DNA from: Clostridia bacterium
Lineage (GTDB): Bacteria > Bacillota > Clostridia > Christensenellales > CAG-138
NCBI GenBank assembly: GCA_017416425.1
Contig: JAFQCL010000036.1
Location: 10,782-74,781, forward strand
DNA length: 64,000 nt
Direction: 5' to 3'
This document shows positions 29,159 to 38,647 of this stretch, piece by piece. The notes under the pieces are model-generated. The model ran no database searches. It was not told the origin of the DNA and saw nothing but the letters and a program-made list of their open reading frames with translations. A program made the translations under genes and the position numbers. The stretch's first letter is position 1. Every line of letters starts with the position of its first letter.

Positions 29159-29400
29159 TGCTGTATTACTTCAAACATATCTGAAGCATCCGCCTTTGTA
29201 GCATGATCCCTTACGCTTGTAACTCGTACATTAAGCTGACGACCACCAAGCGTGACCTCCAAAACATCGCCTACCTTAACTTCTGCGGATGGCTTTGCTA
29301 TCTTTCCGTTTATAGTCACCCTGCCAAGGCTGCATGCTTCATTTGATACCGTTCTTCGCTTTATTATACGAGAAACCTTTAGATATTTATCAAGACGCAT
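29155..29400 (-). CDS. S4-domain RNA-binding protein (YabO/Hsp15-like)
   Basis: 81 aa. MRLDKYLKVSRIIKRRTVSNEACSLGRVTINGK is a canonical S4 motif. Confidence 0.75.
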   Translation of the reverse strand: MRLDKYLKVSRIIKRRTVSNEACSLGRVTINGKIAKPSAEVKVGDVLEVTLGGRQLNVRVTSVRDHATKADASDMFEVIQQ

Positions 29401-29405
29401 GTTTT

Positions 29406-30824
29406 TTACTCTACTTCATCGGGAAGCTTATCCGCACCAACATGGCGCACGCTTTCTATATCAGCATTAAGATCACTGCTGTTTAACCATTCCTCTATAA
29501 GCGCGTCCCATTCATCCGATTTTATGCTTTCAAGAAGTGATGCATAAAGCTCATCTTTAACAGCATCATAACTAACGGGACCCTCGGAAACATCCTCAAG
29601 GTAATAGATGATGTGATAACCGGTACTATCACTGAATATCTCAGAGTATTCACCAATGCTAAGCTTTGAAAATTCCTCCTTGATAAGATCAGACCAGTCC
29701 GTATAGCTTTCATAGCTGCTTATCAGCATACCGTGCTCCATAAAGTATTCAGTATTTACAAAATCAGCATCTTCAGTATACTCGGAAAGCACTTCTTCAA
29801 AGGCCACACCACGCTCAAGCTTTTCATATGCTTCTTCGATCTTGTCAAGCGCATCTCCAAAGTGCGCACTGTATATACGATCCATATCATGCTTTACGTC
29901 TTCATATTCATCAAGAAGCAGCGCCAGTGCTTCAGCATTTTCGGATGTCTCATTTATAGCATCACTGAGAGCCAGCTCGCCATACTCAGATTTTATTTCA
30001 CTAAGACGCGCTTCAAGTTCGGTGTATTCGGTATCTATCGCGCTCTCGGCAGTAGTAAATATATGCATGATCCTAAAGTAGCCTTCGGGAGTATAATAGG
30101 GTCTGTAGCCACTGTCGGGATACGCCTCAAAATATTCCGCGTCATCCTTATAGGAACCGGGATCATCTTCGTATGTCTCCTTATCGGCTGCTACCATTAA
30201 ATCATACTCCTCATGCATTATAGCATCATCAACAGTAACATCTTTTAGTACGGCAGCTTCGACAAGCTCGAGCTGATAGTTTTCGATGATCATATCCGTA
30301 AGATACGTTTCATATTCCTGACGGGTACATCCTTCACCCAGAAAATGAGCTCCCTCTTCCGCTATGAGTTCCTCTACACGTGCGGAGAGCTGTTCATCGG
30401 TATAGTCTTCCCCAAGGCTGTCAAATTCTTGAATAGCGGACTGCTCATGATACTCAACAAGGCTTATAAGCTCCTCATCGATACGGCTCTGAAGCTCAGC
30501 GGTCTGCTCTTCGGTATAATCAAATAGATTAAGCTCATCACCCATATGCAATGCGCAGATAGTCCCAACCATCATGTCAAAAATGGTTTCCTGAAATGCT
30601 TCAAGCGTAGCTTTGTCGCTATATACATTTTGACTGTAGTAAACGGAATACATATTTGCGTACATCTCAAACGTTTGCTCATATACACCAAGGGTAAGCT
30701 CCCTTTCTCCTATGCTTGCAATAACGGTATTGGGATCTTGAGTAGCCGTAATATTGCAGCCTGCCGCTAAAATGGATATCGCGCACATCATTAACGCCAC
30801 AAGTAAGCATAAAAGTTTTTTCAT
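29406..30824 (-). CDS. acidic lipoprotein, SurA/PrsA-like foldase (tentative)
   Basis: AAGGAG lies 10 nt before ATG 30824. Signal peptide plus lipobox LAAGC. The C-terminal SDSTGYHIIYYLE resembles the end of a parvulin domain. It sits after mfd, as in other Clostridia. Confidence 0.5.
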   Translation of the reverse strand: MKKLLCLLVALMMCAISILAAGCNITATQDPNTVIASIGERELTLGVYEQTFEMYANMYSVYYSQNVYSDKATLEAFQETIFDMMVGTICALHMGDELNLFDYTEEQTAELQSRIDEELISLVEYHEQSAIQEFDSLGEDYTDEQLSARVEELIAEEGAHFLGEGCTRQEYETYLTDMIIENYQLELVEAAVLKDVTVDDAIMHEEYDLMVAADKETYEDDPGSYKDDAEYFEAYPDSGYRPYYTPEGYFRIMHIFTTAESAIDTEYTELEARLSEIKSEYGELALSDAINETSENAEALALLLDEYEDVKHDMDRIYSAHFGDALDKIEEAYEKLERGVAFEEVLSEYTEDADFVNTEYFMEHGMLISSYESYTDWSDLIKEEFSKLSIGEYSEIFSDSTGYHIIYYLEDVSEGPVSYDAVKDELYASLLESIKSDEWDALIEEWLNSSDLNADIESVRHVGADKLPDEVE

Positions 30825-30866
30825 AAAAATCAAGCTCCTTTAATTCATTGCAATTTAGTATACCAC

Positions 30867-33800
30867 TCACTTATGCTCTATGCAATCATAAATGCCGTGA
30901 ACAATTTGTAACAAGGCGTTTTTTATTGATTTAACGGATGCGTTTTTTTGCCGAATAAGCAGAGCTGGTTCTTTTCCGTTTATCATTCGTGCGCCTTTTG
31001 TTTTTTGAACGATTCTAAGTAGCCTTTCTGTCTTTAAAGGGGCGTTGCCCGAAAACTCCATCCTAAGCTCTCCTATGTTTACATTTATAGATTTAATATA
31101 AGCCTTTTTGGCTTCCGATCTAATTAAAGCTATATCAAGTAAATTTTGAACACTCTGCGGAATATCGCCATATCTATCAAACAGCTCATCCTGAATATCC
31201 TGTACATCCTCTATGCCGCCTACCATGGCTATCCTTCTATACATAGCCATGCGCTCAGGCGCATTTTGTATATACGTATGAGGTATGTTAGCGTTTATCG
31301 GAATGCTTACCGAGGTTTCGATATTTTCTGGTACATCCTCGCCTTTTGCTTCCATTATGGCTTCATTAATAAGTTTGCAGTAAAAATCATATCCAATTGC
31401 CGCCATAAAACCATGCTGTTCAGGGCCTAGGAGATTACCGGCGCCTCTTATTTCAAGATCTCGCATTGCAAGCCTAAAGCCAGATCCAAACTGAGTAAAT
31501 TCTCCAATTGCTTTAAGACGTTTTTCAGCATCACTGGTAAGGACTTTGTTAGCGGCAAACATCAGATAAGCATATGCAATTCTGGTACTTCTTCCTACTC
31601 GGCCTCTCAACTGATAGAGCTGGGAAAGGCCAAGGCGATCAGCATCAAATACGATTATGGTATTAACATTTGGTATGTCGATACCATTTTCTATAATCGT
31701 TGAGCATATCAGCACATCTTGCTCGCCTTCCATAAAGGAAAGCATCGTTTGTTCAAGCAGGCGTTCGGGCATCTGTCCATGGGCATAAGCAATACGCGCT
31801 TCGGGTATTAGCTCAGATATCCGTTCTTTTAACTCCGGCATGTCGTTAACGCGGTTATAAAGTAAAAACACCTGTCCGCCTCGCGCCATTTCCTTTAAAA
31901 CGGCTTCACGGATAACCCTTGGCGATTCTTCGATCACATAAGTTTGTACTGGATAGCGTTCTTCAGGAGGAGTCTCAATAAGGCTCATATCTCGTACACC
32001 AGACAGGGACATATGAAGCGTCCTGGGTATAGGGGTGGCTGTCAATGTAAGCACATCTATATCTTTTTTAAGCTCCTTAATCTGCTCTTTATGTCCAACG
32101 CCAAAGCGCTGCTCCTCATCGATTATCATCAGTCCAAGATCGCGGTATTTTACGTCCTTGCTTAAAACTCTATGTGTACCGATAATAAGGTCGGCTGTTC
32201 CAAGTTCGATATCGCGAAGCGTTTTTTTAATCTCATCGTTTGTACAAAAACGCGATATAATGCGTACTTCAACAGGAAACCCTCTAAACCTTGCGAGGGC
32301 AGTATTATAGTGCTGCTGAGCAAGTACTGTTGTAGGAACAAGGAACATGACCTGCTTTGAATCCATAATAGCTTTAAAGGCGATTCTAAGTGCTACCTCT
32401 GTTTTACCAAAACCAACATCGCCGCAAAGAAGTCTATCCATCACCTTTCCTTGCTCCATATCAGCTTTTATCTCGGAAATAGCATTTAGTTGGTCGACAG
32501 TCTCCGTATATGGAAAGCTGCTTTCCATCATTAGTTGCCAATGGTTATCCGGGGAATATTTAAAGCCTGTTTTTTGGGAGCGTTCACCATAAAGCTTTAC
32601 AAGGTCAAATGCAAGCTTTTTTACACTTTCTCTGGTTCTGGATACGGTATTTTGCCACTCGTGTGAATCAAGCTTTGAAAGTTTGGGGCATATATCATCA
32701 GCTCCGGTTCCTATATACTTTTGGACACAGTCGAGTTGGTCTGTAGGAATAAGCAAGGCGTCGCTTCCATGATATGAAAGCCTTATATAATCTCTTACAA
32801 CACCATCTACAGTTATAGTCTCCATGCCAACAAAGCGACCTATACCATATTGCTCATGTACGATAAAATCTCCAGGATTAAGCTCTGAAAAATTTAAAAA
32901 GGAACGCTTTGGGGTCAACTTTTTTGAGGATTTTTTAGCTATAACTCCATATAACTCAGCCTCTGAAATAACTACATATGACGAATCGATGTATTCAAAA
33001 CCACGAGCAAGGCTTTGCGCCACTATTATCTGTTCGCCTATCTGAGCAGTTCTAAAGCAGGATGTTAAAACAGGCAGGTTATGACCAAGCGAAAAGAGTT
33101 CGTCCTTGAGCCTGGAGGCATTCTTGCCAGCCAGTATGGTGACGCTATATCCATTGCGCTTCCAGTGAGCAAGGTCATCTGAAAGCAGCTTCATGTTGGT
33201 GCTGTACTGCGATATACCTCTTGTTTTAAATGAAAAAATATTGTGCGCGGGTATTGTGGAATAGCTTCTTGTAAGCGAAAAAAGCATTATGGTCTTAGGT
33301 GTATTTAATCGGTTCATGATTTCAGCCACACCCCAAATAAGCCCTTCCTGACGTTTGTCAGCCGCTTTTTCAAGCATAAGTGTGGAAAGTGATTCAAAAA
33401 ATAACGTCTGCTCAATGTTTGCCGCATCCTCTATCCGATTGGGTTCATCCAATATAATAATTGCGTCATTACTTATATATTCCAAAATACTCGAGCATTT
33501 ATCAAATAGATAGGGAATCAGATTATCAGCTGCAGATGGCATTATACCCTGCTCCAAAAGTTCCCTTTCAGAAGAAAGTCCCTGTGCGTTTTTAAGTTTC
33601 ACTGCAGCTTTACGCCTTTTTAGCATCGAGAGCGGAGTTTCTGTTGCCGGAGATATAGTAATTTTATTGGTATTTTCAGTTGACCTCTGGGAAAGAGGAT
33701 CGTAATAACGCATAGTATCTATCTCATTATCAAAAAGCTCGATTCTGATTGGTAAATTTGAAGTTATGGGATATATGTCGATATAGCCTCCGCGAACACA

Positions 33801-34334
33801 AAACTGTCCCTTTCCTTCGCATACATCGGATCTTTCATATCCAGAAGCATTTAAAAGATCAAGCAATTCATTTATTTCAATAGTATCGCCAATTTCAAAC
33901 TCGTATATATATTCGGAAAGCTCATATTTTGGAATAATGCATTGCATAAGAGCATTAATAGAAGCTATAACTATACTTTCTTCACCGGAAATAAGCCTTA
34001 AAAGAAGCTGCAGGCGCTTTGCAGCAAGATCCTTTGACTGAGCATATGTGTGGGCGCTTAGCGCAATTGTTTTTGCACTAAAAACATATACATTTTTAAA
34101 ATATGTAGACAATTCCTGAAAAAGCTCAGAAGATGCGGATTCATTGGCTGTTACATATAAAAGATTTCCGCCATGACGCTTGTAAAGACATGCGGTAAAA
34201 TGAGCTTTATGCGATACCCCAAGTCCAAATACGGATATAGGGCCTGTTTTTTTAGCGATGGCTTCTGTTAGCCTTATATATTCCTCGCTATTATCAAGAA
34301 TTTTAAGTATTGGATCCATTTTCCTTATTTTCAC
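30867..34334 (-). CDS. mfd: transcription-repair coupling factor
   Basis: 1155 aa. Helicase motifs GDVGFGKTEVA, DEEQRFG and TATPIPRT, plus a CarD-like region. The track start at 34334 is GTG; ATG 34319 is an alternative. Confidence 0.95.
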   Translation of the reverse strand: MKIRKMDPILKILDNSEEYIRLTEAIAKKTGPISVFGLGVSHKAHFTACLYKRHGGNLLYVTANESASSELFQELSTYFKNVYVFSAKTIALSAHTYAQSKDLAAKRLQLLLRLISGEESIVIASINALMQCIIPKYELSEYIYEFEIGDTIEINELLDLLNASGYERSDVCEGKGQFCVRGGYIDIYPITSNLPIRIELFDNEIDTMRYYDPLSQRSTENTNKITISPATETPLSMLKRRKAAVKLKNAQGLSSERELLEQGIMPSAADNLIPYLFDKCSSILEYISNDAIIILDEPNRIEDAANIEQTLFFESLSTLMLEKAADKRQEGLIWGVAEIMNRLNTPKTIMLFSLTRSYSTIPAHNIFSFKTRGISQYSTNMKLLSDDLAHWKRNGYSVTILAGKNASRLKDELFSLGHNLPVLTSCFRTAQIGEQIIVAQSLARGFEYIDSSYVVISEAELYGVIAKKSSKKLTPKRSFLNFSELNPGDFIVHEQYGIGRFVGMETITVDGVVRDYIRLSYHGSDALLIPTDQLDCVQKYIGTGADDICPKLSKLDSHEWQNTVSRTRESVKKLAFDLVKLYGERSQKTGFKYSPDNHWQLMMESSFPYTETVDQLNAISEIKADMEQGKVMDRLLCGDVGFGKTEVALRIAFKAIMDSKQVMFLVPTTVLAQQHYNTALARFRGFPVEVRIISRFCTNDEIKKTLRDIELGTADLIIGTHRVLSKDVKYRDLGLMIIDEEQRFGVGHKEQIKELKKDIDVLTLTATPIPRTLHMSLSGVRDMSLIETPPEERYPVQTYVIEESPRVIREAVLKEMARGGQVFLLYNRVNDMPELKERISELIPEARIAYAHGQMPERLLEQTMLSFMEGEQDVLICSTIIENGIDIPNVNTIIVFDADRLGLSQLYQLRGRVGRSTRIAYAYLMFAANKVLTSDAEKRLKAIGEFTQFGSGFRLAMRDLEIRGAGNLLGPEQHGFMAAIGYDFYCKLINEAIMEAKGEDVPENIETSVSIPINANIPHTYIQNAPERMAMYRRIAMVGGIEDVQDIQDELFDRYGDIPQSVQNLLDIALIRSEAKKAYIKSINVNIGELRMEFSGNAPLKTERLLRIVQKTKGARMINGKEPALLIRQKNASVKSIKNALLQIVHGIYDCIEHK

Positions 34335-34920
34335 CCCAATTGGGCTCCTCTTTTTTTGACTTTGGCTTTTTATTGTACTTTGCTTGCGCCTCGGTCAAAT
34401 GACCGGTACATATAAGTTCTACGGCTGATACAGCATCATCTATAGCAGTCTTCAAAGTTTCTTTTTCATCACCTATTGGTTTGCCTAAAACATATGATAT
34501 AAGGTTATCTTTTCCCGTTCCAATACCTACACGCACCCGAGTAAAATCACTTGAACCAAGTTGGGCTATTATATGCCGCATTCCGTTGTGAGTTCCTGAG
34601 CTCCCCTTTTCTCGTATACGAAGCGTGCCCACAGCGAGATCTATGTCATCATAGATTACGATTAAATTATTCCAATCAAGCTTATACCACCACAGCGTTT
34701 CGCATACAGCAAAACCGGAAAGATTCATGAATGTCTGAGGCTTTACTAAGATAACACGCTCAGAATCAATTCTAGCCTCCCCTATAAGCGAGCGGTGAGC
34801 CTTTTTAGATATATTTACATTAAGGCGCCGTGCCAACTCATCTATTACCATAAATCCTACATTATGTCTGGTTTCAGCATATTCAGCACCCGGATTCCCT
34901 AGACCAACGATAACGTACAT
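34303..34920 (-). CDS. pth: peptidyl-tRNA hydrolase
   Basis: GGAGG lies 5 nt before ATG 34920 (MYVIVGLGNPG). It has RHNVGF and GTHNGMRHI. A Lys/Glu-rich C-terminal tail overlaps the mfd start. Confidence 0.9.
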   Translation of the reverse strand: MYVIVGLGNPGAEYAETRHNVGFMVIDELARRLNVNISKKAHRSLIGEARIDSERVILVKPQTFMNLSGFAVCETLWWYKLDWNNLIVIYDDIDLAVGTLRIREKGSSGTHNGMRHIIAQLGSSDFTRVRVGIGTGKDNLISYVLGKPIGDEKETLKTAIDDAVSAVELICTGHLTEAQAKYNKKPKSKKEEPNWGENKENGSNT

Positions 34921-35045
34921 ATAAACCTCCATATTAGAAAACGATGATCCAGCTAAACTGTATAACCACATTTACATTTTGTTAAGCATTATTTTATTAT
35001 ACGTAAATTTTAAAAATATTCAAGTCTAATACCTAGATCATTCAT

Positions 35046-35081
35046 GAAAAACGACCGACACACCTTTTGATGTACCGGTCG
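35046..35081 (-). terminator. intrinsic terminator after the Tim44-like gene
   Basis: The minus strand reads CGACCG...CGGTCG (6-bp stem, 18-nt loop) followed by TTTTTC. Confidence 0.55.
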
Positions 35082-35099
35082 ATATTTATTTAAATGTAA

Positions 35100-36011
35100 T
35101 TAACCTCTGCGCTGAGATATGCCTATGATATTAGACAATACCCAATCATGCTCCTCAACTGTGACAACGGTGTCACAATATGGGCACTTTGCGCTACTGT
35201 TGATATTAAGCGGTGCTCCACAGTTTGGACAGTTATGCACTGTCACATCTCCCTCATCTCTCGTGGTATAGCCTGTGGGACGTGTCAGTATCCACTCATA
35301 CTCCATGAAGCACTCGGCAGTCTTATTGCCTCGTATCACTTGTCCTGTTTTATCGTCTATCACATAATCAATTATTCGTGTATTTAAGTAGACGACCAGG
35401 CAATCATCGTCCTCCTGAGTATACCAGCCACGTATCGTACAGGTAAGAACTGTAGGACGCTCGATATAGTTTGTTTGACCGTTTCTAATATATGCTTGAA
35501 CTTGGCGTTCCATTTGAGCATAATACGCATCGCTCATATAAGGCCTTATTGGCGTAATGTCCTTATCCTGCCATGCATTCTGCATTTGTATATAAAGGTT
35601 ACGGAATTTTTCGCTAACATCTCCTATGTTGAAATTAGGATCCTTTTGGACATAGGTCTCAATGGGCTGAAGCTTTTCAGCAGACGTCCTTTGACCACCG
35701 GCCCTTACGGGCTGGCTACTCGCCCCCTTCTTCTTCCTTGAAAATACTAGCACTACTATTATAATAAAAATAATCAAGCCATATACAAAACCGCCACCGC
35801 CATCAGAATCGATTGTTCCGCCACCGTAATAGGAATAGTCACTACCCCAATCGTCACTATCCCAATCGCTACCGCCCCAATCGCTTCCACTTCCGCCTCC
35901 CCAGTCGCTGTCACCGGAAAAATCCCCAAAATCAGCTACAGACTCAACAGGAATAAAAAATGCACACAATAATAGCAAACAGCAGATCATTAGTGCGAAA
36001 TAACGTTTCAT
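35100..36011 (-). CDS. Tim44-like domain membrane protein with C-terminal zinc ribbon
   Basis: AGGAGG lies 9 nt before ATG 36011. Signal/TM segment, then a D/W/G/S low-complexity segment and a second TM. The Tim44-like core is QNAWQDKDITPIRPYMSDAYY. CPNCGAPL...CPYCDT lies at the C-terminus. Confidence 0.6.
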   Translation of the reverse strand: MKRYFALMICCLLLLCAFFIPVESVADFGDFSGDSDWGGGSGSDWGGSDWDSDDWGSDYSYYGGGTIDSDGGGGFVYGLIIFIIIVVLVFSRKKKGASSQPVRAGGQRTSAEKLQPIETYVQKDPNFNIGDVSEKFRNLYIQMQNAWQDKDITPIRPYMSDAYYAQMERQVQAYIRNGQTNYIERPTVLTCTIRGWYTQEDDDCLVVYLNTRIIDYVIDDKTGQVIRGNKTAECFMEYEWILTRPTGYTTRDEGDVTVHNCPNCGAPLNINSSAKCPYCDTVVTVEEHDWVLSNIIGISQRRG

Positions 36012-36138
36012 TTTAAAAGGCCTCCTATAGCTATATATATGCATTTTATCATATGTTTATAATAACTGCAATAGCTACAAATCGACATAAGTTTTAGCAA
36101 AGTTACACTTGAAATGGAAAAGGACAACACGTATGTTG

Positions 36139-36176
36139 CAAAAAACAGGAAACTTCACACAAGGAAATTTCCTGTT
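36139..36176 (-). terminator. intrinsic terminator ending the lysine-fermentation operon
   Basis: The minus strand reads AACAGGAAATTTC...GAAGTTTCCTGTT followed by TTTTTGC. Confidence 0.7.
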
Positions 36177-36189
36177 TAATCAATTCTAA

Positions 36190-37038
36190 TTACTTTGTAT
36201 AGGTAAAAAAGCCCCTTCCAGTCTTTCTACCAAGAAGCTTTCCGCGCACCATCTTTCGAAGAAGCGTATGAGCGCGATACTTAGGATCACCGGTTTCCGA
36301 ATATAGCGTGTCCATAATAGCAAGTACAACATCAAGTCCGACCAGATCTCCCAAAGCAAGCGGCCCCATAGGATGATTGCAACCGAGCTTCATGGCGGTA
36401 TCAATATCTTCAGGAGAAGCTATGCCCTCTGATACAATACCTATCGCTTCATTTATCATGGGTATGAGTATCCTGTTTACAACAAAACCAGGGTTTTCCT
36501 GCACTGAAACGGGCTCTTTTTCAATTTCGCGAGAAAGCTCCATAATATAGCTGTAAGTTTCATCTGAGGTATGCACTCCGCGTATCACCTCAACAAGCTT
36601 CATAGCAGTTGGAGGATTAAAGAAATGCATTCCGATAAATTTATCCTGGCGCTTTGTAGATGTAGCTATGTCGGTAATCGATATCGAAGATGTATTTGTG
36701 CAGAATATGGTCTTTTCATCGCAAATAGCATCAAGTTCACCAAAAACCGACTTCTTTACCGAAGAATTTTCAACGATAGCTTCGATGACAACATCCGCAT
36801 GAGCAGCAAGACTAAGATCTGTGGTAAAACTGATATTACCTAAAACTATATTCATGTATTCTGCGCTGATCTTGCCACGCTCAAGACGCTTAATAAGGCT
36901 CTTTGAAAGACGTGCTGAAGCTGCCTCAATTATGGAGTCATTTATATCACGAACGATAACTTTCATCTCATGCGAAGCAAATACATGGGCAATATCAAGA
37001 CCCATCGTGCCTGCACCTATAACAAATATGTGTTTCAT
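36190..37038 (-). CDS. hbd: 3-hydroxybutyryl-CoA dehydrogenase
   Basis: Rossmann motif IGAGTMG. The HFFNPP motif and 282-aa length are typical of Hbd. Confidence 0.85.
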   Translation of the reverse strand: MKHIFVIGAGTMGLDIAHVFASHEMKVIVRDINDSIIEAASARLSKSLIKRLERGKISAEYMNIVLGNISFTTDLSLAAHADVVIEAIVENSSVKKSVFGELDAICDEKTIFCTNTSSISITDIATSTKRQDKFIGMHFFNPPTAMKLVEVIRGVHTSDETYSYIMELSREIEKEPVSVQENPGFVVNRILIPMINEAIGIVSEGIASPEDIDTAMKLGCNHPMGPLALGDLVGLDVVLAIMDTLYSETGDPKYRAHTLLRKMVRGKLLGRKTGRGFFTYTK

Positions 37039-37044
37039 CTATAA

Positions 37045-37818
37045 TTACACTCCCTTAAATTCATCTCTTTTTTCCTTGGTAACAAAGGCTTTCATTGCCA
37101 TCTTCTGATCGTGCGTTGCAAAGCAGCGGCTAAACATATCGGCTTCATAATCAAGATCGCCAATGAGCGCAGCATCGGTAAAACGACGTATAGCCTGTTT
37201 TGCTCCGTAAACCGCAACAGGAGCATTTTGTGCAATAGATTCAGCAAGGTCAAGTGCCCTTTGCATCAGCTCATCCTGCGGATATACCTTGCTTACAAGT
37301 CCTATGTCCAAGGCTTCCGCTGCATTCATCGATTTTCCCGTAAGTATAAGCTCTAAGGCATTCGATATACCAATAACCCTCGGTAATCTCTGCGTGCCGC
37401 CAAACCCGGGCGTTATGCCAAGCGTGACCTCGGGCTGTGCAAACTTCGCTTTTTCGCCTGCGAGTCTGATATCGCAAGCAAGCGCAAGCTCACAGCCACC
37501 ACCAAGAGCGTAACCATTTATAGCTGCAATAAAAGGCTTTTTCATACTTTCTATCATTGAGAATACCGTATGCCCCAAATGGCAAAAGGCTTTTGCTTCT
37601 TCCACGTTAAGCTGCGCCATCTCACCAATGTCTGCTCCGGCAACAAAGCTTTTGCCAGCACCGGTGATTATTGCAACTCGTATATCATTGTCTGTCTTTA
37701 CATTGCAAAGCACCTCCGAGAGGTTATTTAGCATCTCGCGATTGAGTGCGTTCAAAGCTTCCGGCCTATCCATGGTAATTATTGCGACATGCTCTCTTTT
37801 TTCAAGTTGTACGCTCAT
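37045..37818 (-). CDS. crt: short-chain enoyl-CoA hydratase (crotonase)
   Basis: 257 aa. GAGKSFVAGADI and ALGGGCELALACD are crotonase-fold oxyanion motifs. Confidence 0.85.
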   Translation of the reverse strand: MSVQLEKREHVAIITMDRPEALNALNREMLNNLSEVLCNVKTDNDIRVAIITGAGKSFVAGADIGEMAQLNVEEAKAFCHLGHTVFSMIESMKKPFIAAINGYALGGGCELALACDIRLAGEKAKFAQPEVTLGITPGFGGTQRLPRVIGISNALELILTGKSMNAAEALDIGLVSKVYPQDELMQRALDLAESIAQNAPVAVYGAKQAIRRFTDAALIGDLDYEADMFSRCFATHDQKMAMKAFVTKEKRDEFKGV

Positions 37819-37846
37819 TTTGCTTGACTCCTCTTTATTGTATTAT

Positions 37847-38647
37847 TTAGAAGCTTTTCCTATTCATACCTCTGTTCACAAGCTCATTTACGGCAAAGGT
37901 TGCAACGTCCTCGGCATATTTTTGAGGACCAAAGCCCGCATCAAAACCAAGCTCCTTCGCGAGCTCATGGGTGATCCTTGCCCCACCGCATACCACAACG
38001 AAGCGTGAACGAAGCCCTTCCGCCTCTAGCAGCTCTATAAGCTCAGTGAGATTTTGTATATGGACATCCTTTTGCGTTACTGTCTGTGAAACAAGGAGTA
38101 TATCGGCATTAAGCTCTGTAGCTTTTTTAATGAACTCCTCATTTGGAACCTGAGCTCCAAGATTATAGGCTTCGATCATTTCATAGCGCTCAAGCCCATA
38201 ATGACCGGCGAAACCTTTACGGTTCATTATAGCATCAATACCCACAGTATGAGCATCAGTTCCGGTAGACGCACCGACTACCACAAGCTTACGACCGAAG
38301 TGTTCGCGTATAAAATCATCGACCTCATGCATATCCATTACGGATCCTTCAATAGTCTGTACGGTTATATTTTCATAATTGATAGTATGGACACATGAGC
38401 CGTATACCACATAGAATGTAAATTCCTTATCAAGAGGCTGAGCTAAAGCAACATTTGGGTCGGTAAGCCCCATTGCTCGCGCCAATATCCGTGCGGCTTC
38501 TATTCCTTTTTCGTCATTTTTGACAGGAAGAGTAAATGAAACCTGGACCTTGCCATCATTCATCGTATCGCCATATGCCTTGAGCTTTGTGAGGTCAAGG
38601 GTCTTGTCAAAATCCTGTTTATGGGTATTATAAAGTCCTGAACTCAT
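37847..38647 (-). CDS. kamE: lysine 5,6-aminomutase beta subunit (B12-binding)
   Basis: DxHxxG cobalamin-binding motif (GTDAHTVGIDA) in a Rossmann-like C-terminal domain. There is a 1-nt TAATG overlap with kamD. Confidence 0.85.
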   Translation of the reverse strand: MSSGLYNTHKQDFDKTLDLTKLKAYGDTMNDGKVQVSFTLPVKNDEKGIEAARILARAMGLTDPNVALAQPLDKEFTFYVVYGSCVHTINYENITVQTIEGSVMDMHEVDDFIREHFGRKLVVVGASTGTDAHTVGIDAIMNRKGFAGHYGLERYEMIEAYNLGAQVPNEEFIKKATELNADILLVSQTVTQKDVHIQNLTELIELLEAEGLRSRFVVVCGGARITHELAKELGFDAGFGPQKYAEDVATFAVNELVNRGMNRKSF

